DNA from: Trichinella spiralis
Taxonomy: Eukaryota
Assembly: GCF_000181795.1 (NCBI RefSeq)
Contig: NW_003526944.1
Coordinates: forward strand, 4,570,646 to 4,619,444
DNA: 48,799 nt
Direction of reading: 5' to 3'
The position numbers and the translations under genes are program-made. Shown here piece after piece: positions 12,942 through 23,142 of this stretch (position 1 is the stretch's first letter; each line of letters opens with the position of its first letter). Below the pieces are notes generated by a model. It was not told where the DNA came from. It saw nothing but the letters and a program-made list of their open reading frames with translations, and searched no databases.

Positions 12942-14847
12942 TTACCAAAGAGAAACGAGAACCAGGATCCATATAGGCATTAAGATGATGAACAGAAGGA
13001 CGACAATGCTGCTCGGGATCAAGGTAATGTCATATTTAAAAGGTGATGCTGTGATTTGGCGCGTTTGTGTTGGATATCGAATACGATCCCAGACATTTAA
13101 GATGGCATCCCTTGCACCGTGCCATGCATGTGGACCTTCCAGTCGATACTGATAAGGTACGCAAGGTCCGAAGAGGAGCTTGAATGCCAACTTTGGATCC
13201 GTGCGCCAGTACTTCCACAAGTTCGGCTTAGTGCCAATCATCTGGCTAATTTCATCCAAATAAGGTACGTAGTCTACTTGGATCGTGTGTCGTTGACTGC
13301 GCACGTAACGTTGGGCATTTTCTGTCTGCTTTTCTTGCACTTCTTTTTCCATTATTGCACGTGGTGGCAGCTTTTGCTTGTTTGCCAACAGGTGACATGC
13401 CAGACGACACTGCATCTCTGAGATGGGCAAAATTGAACCCCAAGGTTGAACAAGGCCGATCACAGCCAACGTTTCTGGATGGTTCAGTTGTGGGCAGTAC
13501 ATATATTTGAACAAAGCAGTTTCGTTGTTGTTTATCGAAAGGATATTTTCTTCCATGTATGGAAAGCTGATCTGATATCCAGTGCAAAGGACGACGGTGT
13601 CGATATCGGATTCTTCACTTGCATCGGTGAATTTTACCGAATTGCGACCAAATTCATAAACATCCGGCTTAATGACCACCATCTGCGAGCTCAGGCGACT
13701 GTGTAAATCGTCGCTGAACGTTGGATGCGCTTGGAAGACGTTGTGCTTCGGTTTCAGGCTGTACATTACGTGGTCGAATCGGGCATTCAGAGAAAATTCC
13801 AAATAACGACTGGCAATATTGGGAAACCAACGGCAGATCAGATTTGAGAACCTAGTCAACAGCAGTACGTCGTACGGATAGCCGCAGTGGAATGTGCGCG
13901 TGAATGTCCATGCTCCTCGTCTGGTGCTCAGGAACACCTGAAGAGGAAGAAACAGAAAGCCGTCAAGACTTGAAAAAACACAAAACCTAAGCTAACTAGC
14001 CTTTTTAGCGAAGCGACTGATTTCCGTAGCAATGTCACAAGCCGAATTGCCAATACCGACCACGAGCACACGTTTGTCATCGAATCCATTTGGACGTCGA
14101 TATTCCATACTGTGCATCACTTTGCCGTCGAATTCCGTATGCAAACCTTTGAAATTTGGCATATACGGATGACAGTGATGACCTGAGCAAAGCAATACGG
14201 CTTCGAAATCGTTCATCTCTACTTCACTGGTTCTACAACAGTTAAACTTTTAACATTTATTCTTATATGTTAAGTTTTGTTTTTTCTACATTTTTCGTCA
14301 TTGCAGTTGTTGTTGTTGTTGTTGTTGTTGTTGTTGGTAACAACACTTACATTGTATTTTTAGTTTCAATCATCCAGTGCCCATTTTCAGCGTGATCAAC
14401 GCTTTTGGTCACCTTGATCACTTCTGTGTTGAAGTGGACATGCTCCGTCAATTTGAATCGATCAGCGTATTCTTCCAGGTAATGCAATAGTTGGGTGTTG
14501 TGCATGAAGTTGGGCAAGTCACGTCTTGGCGGGAAATCACTGTAAGCAGACATTTCTTTGCTGGTGTTGATCACGGTACTTTTCATCACTGTCGATCGTC
14601 CTGACATCAACAAAGCGTATGCACAATTAATTCAAAAATAATTTTCATTTCGCATTATTTGTTTTGCAACTGGCATTCATTCACGTTGATTGTGAAATCT
14701 CTTACCTGGAATCACTTTCTCTTGATAATACCACAGACCTCCAATTCGATCTGCCCTTTCAAAGCAGACCGGCTCTAAACCATAATCGAGGCATGTTTTG
14801 ATTGCTGTTAAGCCGCTTGGACCGGCGCCAACAATAGCCACGCGCAT
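12942..14847 (-). CDS. FMO: Flavin-containing monooxygenase (dimethylaniline monooxygenase family); exons 14847-14706, 14600-14351, 14232-14001, 13937-12942
   Basis: MRVAIVGAGPSG (FAD motif), IGGLWYY, NTSKEMSAYSDFP, FDGKVMHSMEY (FxGxxxHxxxY FMO motif), GIGNSA (NADPH motif), STRRGAW, CTGY, PYQYRLEGPHAW, hydrophobic C-terminal membrane anchor. Confidence 0.96.
14306..14336. repeat. (GTT)10 microsatellite in an FMO intron; similar (GTT/CAA)n tracts near 3747, 12907, 36122 and 37702
   Basis: Read directly. Confidence 0.85.
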
Positions 14848-16881
14848 GTTAATTAGCTTTGTTTACTTAAAGCTGTTTTAAATTGACCGTTAAATGAGTT
14901 ATTTTGGAAAACGACTTTGCCGAGAAACCGCACGTCGTCGTCAGCGTTTTCAATTATGATTTGATATACGTTACTAATGGCCAATAAAGAAATAATCTGC
15001 ATAAGGTATAAATTGCTGATAGCTACTGTATAGTTTTGCGAAAGACGCGCAGATTAGCCGCAGGCTATGAAATTCCCGTTAAGCGAAAATGGTAACTAGT
15101 AGCACAGACAGGCTTGTGAAGTGCCCAAGGCTGAGAGTAAATGATATGTCATTTTTTTCAGACGATTACTCAAAAGTGGACATCAAATAGTAATAGTGAG
15201 CAGCTTTCTCACCGAATAGATTTAATTTCATAAATTTACTCATAATAATAAATTGCATTTCACTTGCTATCATAATTATTGCTGTTGTTGTTGTTCTCGT
15301 TGTTGATAATGGAAAATATTTATGCAAAAACTCAAAACATAATTTTTAAAATGCATGTCAGGTATATTCTATTATGACGGAATGTTATGCGGAAAACTAG
15401 CTTGTTCAATGAGAAATTGATTGATAATGACAAATAGAAAAATTCATTGCAGAAGTGGATGAGTGATGACAGATCGGCGAACCCTGCTCAGCAACCAAAT
15501 CAAGGAAAGCGATTTATTTATCTTTTCTGAATAATGCATTGTTGTCAACCTTTTTTACTTGTCTGTTTGAATATTCACGTTGTTTCATGCTTCATATTTC
15601 ATCCTTTGCGTCGGCGAAAGCTTTTGTTTTTAGGGGCATCATGGTGCATTTAATCTTGCAAATTTGCATAAAAATGATTTGCTTTTTTTGATGAACGTAT
15701 GCTTGGTTTCAGCGTGATTTAGAATTGTAGAAGTGTTGATTAATTTAAATTTAGTTTTCATTAAAAATTTTCTTCATATCTGTTTTAATAATAATTCATC
15801 CCTGTAACAGCCGGATGTGATATTTTTATTCATTCCCTATGCATATGCGGCGTTGCAGATTAGTGTTAAACTTTTGTTTTGCAATGTTAAATCATGAAGG
15901 AGTATTTTCTAAACTGATTACAGTACGCTTTAAGAATGCCTGAAGATCACACTGTCACATAACATTGACAGTCGAACATTTCCCGCATGAATATGAATTG
16001 TTCATATTCTATAACTCTAAAATTAATTACATAAATAAAAAAATGTGATTCGATAAGTTTACGAATTATGTTTTTTTAGTGTAAAGTATTGTTATTCATC
16101 ATTATTTGTGTTTTTATTTTAATTCCTAAAATTGTATAATTATGCAGTTAGTATAAGACATTTTTTATTTAATCTGTGTGAAAATCAGAAACGTTTTTTT
16201 TGAAGTTTTTATGTCAATAGCTTATATTGTTGAGAATTTTTCCCAATTAGACGGTCTTCTGTTTAGTAATTAGCGAGGTGGATGAAAATTAACATGTTTC
16301 GACACTTTGATTAAACTGTTGTTTAAATGTTGACTGGTCGATTGCGTCAAAAAGTAGCATGTGTAGGCAGAATATATTGTTCTTTTTTTTTAAACATGGC
16401 ATATTTTTCAATGTTCCTTTTGACACTATTGTGATTGTGAATCAACCAGCTTGATGGAGATTGTTCGATTAGAGGCAGTCGTTTTGAGCGTCAGTTGACC
16501 CGCTTGATCGTCTGTCATCGGTTGGTTCAGGTGATCTTTGCAGGTTGCGGGTGAGCTTAGAAATTTTGAATGGGCAACTTGCAATTGGCCTGAAAAAAAA
16601 TATGGAAGCCGACCTGGTCTACCTTTTGGCCCCATTTCTCATCAGCGTTTGGGATATACATTGAAGGGCGTGAATGTTCATTTTTAATTTCGCCCCCTTT
16701 GCTCTTTCTCTTCCTCCAATCGCATTGTGGCATTGTAACACAGTTTTCTTTGTGCATCGGCTCATTAAAGTTTCAAAAAATTTTATAATTCCAACTCTTC
16801 AACTGATTTCATTTTGAATTTTCTTCGTTTGAGTGGATTTTTTCGCTGCACAACACTCCTGCATACAGCTTACCGCTGTGC

Positions 16882-19627
16882 ATGATGTTCATTGTTGTTT
16901 GTGTTTGTTTTTTGATTAATCAGGCGTTGGCGAGCACGTTTGATCCGGCTGAATTTTCCATTTTTCAATGTCAGTCACACGAAGCTCTCAGCATACAGGG
17001 TCGAGGTACGGGATTTGTGAAACTCAGCTGTGCCAAGCCGGTTGCTTGCAGTAAAACTCAAGTAAGCTTCTTCTTCTTCTTCTTCTTCTTAACTCTAATG
17101 ATGTATCCAGTTCATTTAAATTAAGATTATTTTGTTTTATTTTTTTTATTGAATTCAGAATTGCAAGATGACCACTTTCAATGCAACATGCTCCGGTCCT
17201 AATGAATATGTTCATGGTATTATCAAATTGCCAGAGCATAAGTCAGTATATGAAGCTTTTTTATATATTTGATAATTAATTCATTATTTATTTCAGAATT
17301 AATCAGATTTGCTGTCAACTGGCCGACGTTCCGTCCTCACTGACTATTAACGAACGATGCTTCACTGATTCCATTACTAACCAGACTCTCACTGAAGGTA
17401 CGTGCAGTTTAATAATATGTGATCAGTTCTATTCAAATGACTATAACAATTTCATAAAATTGCCTTTTTTAAAACTCAAAATGAAAAACTAATATCTACA
17501 TAACTGTTTAAATGGAAAATTTTACTCATATATGAAAGCGAACTTTTTTAATTCTGCTTTTAAACTGTTACGTAATAGTTATGGTTTTGTAAAGTATAGT
17601 ATTATCTTTTTTGCATTGCATTTTAAATAAAAGTGAAGTTTAATACATTAGAATTATCATATGATGAAATAAATGTTGATAAGTCGATTTTTTGATTAGA
17701 GAACTTTTTTTTATTGTTCAAAGCAATTACACACAAATTTGGTAAATTTTAAAAGGTCAAAAAATGCTTTTAATACGCGTGCAATGATGACCTCATTACC
17801 TTATGACATTGATGCTTTTTTAAAAAGTTTTTGTGAATTTTTTCACTAATTTTAGTTTAATAAGTTGAAATGGAAAAGTTCAAATTTGTGTTTACAAAAA
17901 TGTGTACCATGATAATAGTAAGTAATAAATTTTTCATAAACTGGAAATACTTTTCCAGTAGTAATAAAAAAAGAATAATTTTTTGCAATGCAAGCATGTT
18001 TGTTTAAAGACACTATTTATTGTATTTTTTCTCTGACATCACTAATGAGGTGGGTTTGTTTGTCTTGTTTCAGTTCAATCTGCTTTAAACGAAAAAGAAC
18101 GATTGCCATATTCGTATCTTGCTCGTGATGACTACGCACCAGCTTTTGTTAAATTGTTTCGTTTGGCTCATCAAAGTGATGGAGTAAGAATAGTCAAGAA
18201 GATCAAAGCTGTTGAGTGAGTGATTATTGATTATTGATATTTTTTCTTTTTGAAAATGCAGTTTTCATTGCAACAGCATTTTTCATGTAGCCAGTTGTTG
18301 CAAGCAGTTGTGGAATAGAATTATGTTATAATTTTGCCTCAATTGAAACTCATTCAGGCATGGCTATTTGATAACTTCTTGCCAACTAGACTGTATCGAT
18401 GGTACATTACCAGAGGGCTCGGTGCCACCTGAAGAGGGCATACTTTGTGATGAAGCGTGTCAGAGGCTGTTGGAAAAGAATCGTGAAAACAGTGCTGTCA
18501 ATAGTGTCGAAGTCAGTCCCACATCTTTGCCAGAAAAACAACTCACTGGCGAGCCCGTCATTGCTGACAATGCATTAGTACCACGGATATCCAGTGCTGG
18601 CGCGGGTGGTGGTGGTGCAGTTCAGGCGGACGGAAATCTTCAAGATAGACATGCAACCAATTTAGCCTCGTCTGCATCTTCGTCAGAACATTCAGCTCCT
18701 GGCCAGTGGCAGCCGTGCTCTTACTGTGGACCGTTTATCCCGAGAGCTGCTGTCAACTCGGCGATCAATCCCATTCCATCTGCTACGAATCCTATAGGCG
18801 GTGGTTGTTTCAGTGCTGATATGCATGTACGAACCACCCATTCTCAAATTAGAATGGATCAACTGCAGCTCGATGATATAGTAAATTCATTTTTCCAAAT
18901 TTTTTCCCAACTCAGTCGTCAGTTAACATTCTTTTTGCTAAACTTGCACTAACTTTTCACATCTAATCTTATTTACTGAAATAATAATAACTTTGTCTTT
19001 GCACGCAGTGAATTGACTGTCATGGTTTTTGACGGTTTTTCTATTCAGGTTTTTGTCGATCCAGTTGAGCAGCAGCCGATCTTTTCAATGCTTCATCATG
19101 ATCCCGCAGCTGAAGTGGATTTTATTATTATAAAAACGGAGACGAATCGCAGTTTGTCGTTGACACCGAATCATTTGATTCCAATTGTTCCGTGCCGGCG
19201 TGGAATTTTGCCTGCTGAAAAATTGGAAGCAACTGTCAATCGCTATTCAAAATTTGCACACAAAGCTGAGCAGGATGAGTGTGTACTGATGGCGTATGGC
19301 GGTTTGGTGAAGACGGAAAAAATTGTCGCTATTAGCCAACGACGTTTGCGTGGCATTTTTTCACCCCTGACCGAAAAAGGCACTATTGTGGTCAACGATT
19401 TTGTAGTCTCTTGTTATAGTACATGTGAAAGTCACGCCTTGCAAAAGTTGTTTCATAATTCCATTCGACATATTAGCCGAATGTTACGCAATGCATTATT
19501 CATCCAGCTGCCAGTCAGTTCGACTACACTGCCATTGGTCGATTTTACTTTTGACCAAATTTCTGAGATCTATTTGAAATCTTTGTACAAGCTGATGCAC
19601 TGGACAGTATCGATGACTGTGGCGTAG
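16882..19627 (+). CDS. qua-1: Hedgehog-related Quahog-like protein (signal peptide + Cys-rich Qua-like domain + Hog [Hint + SRR] domain); exons 16882-17061, 17159-17241, 17297-17397, 18074-18215, 18358-18880, 19049-19627
   Basis: Signal peptide MMFIVVCVCFLINQALA; Cys spacing [24 protein letters not shown] resembles the Qua domain of C. elegans QUA-1 (from memory). Hint domain has the G|CF cleavage site, LTPNH, GIFSPLTEKGTIVVND..SCYS, then an SRR-like tail. The Hog call is firm; strict qua-1 orthology is less so. Confidence 0.85.
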
Positions 19628-20694
19628 CTTTTTCAAAGCGGCGCGATTCTCAGATGATAATTTTATTCTATTTATTATACTGTTGTTGCAATGTATTTAT
19701 TTGTTCAAGCGGTTACTTTTCTTTTCATTAACAGCCATGCGAATTGTTATTTCTTTGTTTTAAATCAGTGACAAGAAATTTAATTATTTCCAAACTGTAT
19801 TTCTTAAAAACAAATAAAATATCAATATGCAGATACACGAGCGAACAGCGTTTGTCGTTACGTCCATAAAATGTAAATAGATGAAACTCAGTAACTGGTG
19901 ATAATAAGGCAATAATGTTAAAAAACAAAACAAAAATTAAAATGATATTTATAATTAATTATTAACAATATTTTTTTTACTTTTTGAAGAGCAATTATCA
20001 AAATCGAAAACATTTTATCAAATTTAATCTTAAACATCTATTATGAATACTGTATGTATTTTCGCATACTGTAGGAATTTGTGACACATTTTATTTTGCG
20101 TTTTTTCTACGTACGAATGTATAGTATAATTGAAAATTGTACGTGAAAAGTATTGATTTTACTACTGCGAAACCCGCTTTCGACAAAAGCGGAAATTAGC
20201 AAAGATTAATAGCTTAATGTTATTCTATTTATTTAACATGCAGTTTCCATAGAGAAAATGCAGTATATCACATAAAAAAAATAAAGAAGGCCAAAAAATT
20301 AATAATAAATTTATGAATATAATCAAAATAGAGTATTTAAATTATCGCCTTTGCTGAATATTCGCCCGTTGTAAAATACCTGAAAACTGTGACGAATTAC
20401 TGTAGCTGTTTGTGCGTCATGAACTTACTCATTGTTTTTGATATTGCAGTTCTTCCATCAGCGTTGTGTTGAGGTAGTGTCCGTTTTTTGACAAGCATAA
20501 TGCTTTGTTGAGTGCTCTGACAGTTGAATATCGAGGGACACTAGCATTTAAGATATTTATTTCTTTGTTTATGCACAAGTTTTCATTTCGAATGAAATTT
20601 ATTTCTTTAGTCATATGAAACGATTATATTTGGGCTTATTGTTTTATTTTAGATTCTGAACAATTTTTGTGGCAATTTTTCCGTTTGTCTTTTC

Positions 20695-22641
20695 ATGAGT
20701 GATTCTTCTCTCTCTACTCCCATATCAAAGAATGAAACGGAGATGCAGTCGTCACAGCTAGCAGCTGCTATTCAAGATGGTGCAGAAGAACCGGAGAATT
20801 TGAATGCAATCGAAACAAACGCTCCAGCTGAAGAATTGCAACCCCAGCAGAGCAGAGATGTTGCGGATACGCAGAGTGAAGATTTTAGTGCCGTTGATGA
20901 ATTAGTAATTGCTGCAGTGAAAAAGTTGATGCTTATTTGGGTCAATTTGTCTTTATTTAGATTCATCACGTGAAATGGATAATTTGGCATGGACGATCTG
21001 TTCCAATTATTACACAGAACGAAAATGGTCCATGTCCCCTGTTGGCTATCGTTAATTTATTGTTTCTCCGAGGTCGACTCACACTACCGCCCGGTACGGA
21101 ATTGGTCACAGCTCGTCAGCTTATGAATCAAATTGGTGAAACTTTTATACAGTTTGGCTTTAATGTAAGATTTTATTCTTTTACAAACTTGAAATAATCA
21201 GTAGTGAGGCAGTTTTGCATTTGTTTCTCGTATTATAGGGTAATCATAGGCAAGATTTTGAGCAGAATTTGTTCGATGCTTTTTCCGTGCTACCGAAATT
21301 GAGCACTGGTTTAGACGTGAATGTAAAGTTCAGTGGGTAAGAGTGTTGTCATTAAATCGATTTGTTTGTTTTTCTAATTTTTATTCTGGAAAAATTTAGA
21401 GTATTTGACTTTGAATACACTTCGGAATGTATTGTGTTCGATTTGTTGAATATACGGTTGTGCCATGGCTGGCTTCCCGAACCCGAAGACCCAGAAATTA
21501 TGTTAGCTGTATCCGATCTCAGCTACAATCAGCTAGTGGAGAAAATTGTCGCTCAAACTAATGAAGACGATTCTTTGTCAAACGTTAATGGTAAATTGCT
21601 TCACTTATTTAGAGTATGTTATAATTGTTTTTTTCTATAGCTTTCTTCTTGCAAAGCTTCCTCGAACAATCTGCTAGTCAGCTTAGTCAAAACGGTCTGA
21701 GCAGTCTGTTGAGAGAACTGTTGGAAGATGAGTTGGCGGTGTTTTTTCGAAACAATCACTTTTCAGTCATTACGAAACATGAAGTAAGCAAATGCTTGTT
21801 TTTCTTCTCATATTGAAACTTGCACTGTAATATGCTTATTGTGTTAATTAATACTGTAGAATGTATAATTGCATTGTAAGTTAGCGAGCTGAGTCCTATT
21901 AGTTTACATAGAAATAAATTTGAATTGATTACTGCGTATCACAGTAGTTGATTAGAATTTTGTCGTCATCAATATTTATTTTCATTATAGTTGTGAATTT
22001 GAAGAATGACTTAACAAATTTATCTTGTTGCACAACAACAGTATAAATTTGGAAGTTTTATTTGTAAAAGGTTTGCTTCATCTAGGGAACTTTATTTTTG
22101 CTCTTGACCGATCAAGGATTTTTGAAAGAAACGGACTATGTTTGGGAAACGTTGGACACGATCGACGGTGATAGCCAGTTTGTAGATACCGAATTCCGCT
22201 TGGCAAAGGCGAAAAGTGAAGAGAAATGCTTGCAGGATGGCAGCAAGCAGATTGAAAACGAGTAACAACAGTACATTCTATTCCATTCGCAGCTTGGCGG
22301 AATGTAAAGTATGCTTTTTATTCTTCAGCTTTCTGCTCGCCATGTCGCTGAGCGAAGAGGCAGGAGGTCCTTATGCAAGGATAAAAGAACCTGCGAATGA
22401 TTTCCACTTTGCCGAACAATTGCAGCGAAAAGAGAATGAAACTGCTGTCGGACACGACAGCAGTGATTTGACCGCTGGCCGAAATGCTGCTGCTGCAATG
22501 CAAAATCCCGTGCAAAGTGACAACATGCTCACATCAGCGGCCACACCAAGAGTAGAAAAGGTTAAAACAAGCGACTTCTTTCCCAAATAAATTTTAACTG
22601 ATAATGTTTTTTTTTCAATCTTGTAGTGTCGCATTCTGTGA
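20695..22641 (+). CDS. MINDY1/2: MINDY-1/2 family K48 deubiquitinase (FAM63); exons 20695-20904, 20961-21164, 21239-21336, 21400-21590, 21641-21783, 22086-22261, 22329-22560, 22627-22641
   Basis: IITQNENGPCPLLAI (catalytic Cys), TGLDVNVKF, FEYT..FDLLNI.L.HGWL, SYNQLVEKI, FFRNNHFS (catalytic His), LTDQGFL..VWETL..DGD..FVD, two MIU-like helices (DFLLAMSLSEE, DFHFAEQLQRKE) and a terminal CRIL CaaX box. Confidence 0.93.
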
Positions 22642-22830
22642 TACAAAGCCTCCCAAGGTGTCGTTAAGGTTTTTTGCTAACACAATTAATTGTGCTATTG
22701 TGCCTTGGTTTGGCTTAACTGCGACGTCGTGTTTCTTCTTTGTTATTATTTTTAACTTTGAAATATGCGGTGAAATTTCAGCAGACTTCATTGTTAACAA
22801 CTTCATTTTCGGGATTTATATTCAATACAA

Positions 22831-22959
22831 ATAAATAAATAAGGAAATAAATGAACGTACACACCCATATGTATATATATGTGTGTATGTGTATATTCTG
22901 TGGGTATACGTATATATATATATGTATGCGTGCGTTCATTTATTTACTTATTTATTTAT
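22831..22959. repeat. Long imperfect inverted repeat (fold-back) between the convergent MINDY and rabenosyn genes
   Basis: Left arm ATAAATAAATAAGGAAATAAATGAACGTAC (22831-22860) versus reverse complement of 22930-22959, ATAAATAAATAAGTAAATAAATGAACGCAC: 28/30 identical. Pairing continues inward through (TA/TG)n sequence. Confidence 0.85.
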
Positions 22960-23142
22960 GCGTATTTGTACACATAACGGTGCATCGTTGACGAAGCGAT
23001 TTTTTCTTTTGATGATGTGATTTCTAAAATCAGCAATATGTATTATTTTTATTGTTCGCCTTTTTGAGATAAAAAGGCGACAAAAAATAAAAAAAAGTTG
23101 ACCTTTGTTGTGTGCGGTGGTATGTTTGCATAACAGTTGCTC

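Noticed and set aside
16480..17800. RGGTCA half-sites near the Qua-Hog gene as NHR-23/ROR moulting elements
   Set aside because: Six-base matches are expected by chance and cannot be supported without conservation data.
15989..20187. Short hairpins at 15989-16009 and about 20174-20192
   Set aside because: Stems of 7-9 bp are common in AT-rich DNA and there is no Helitron CTRR end or other context.
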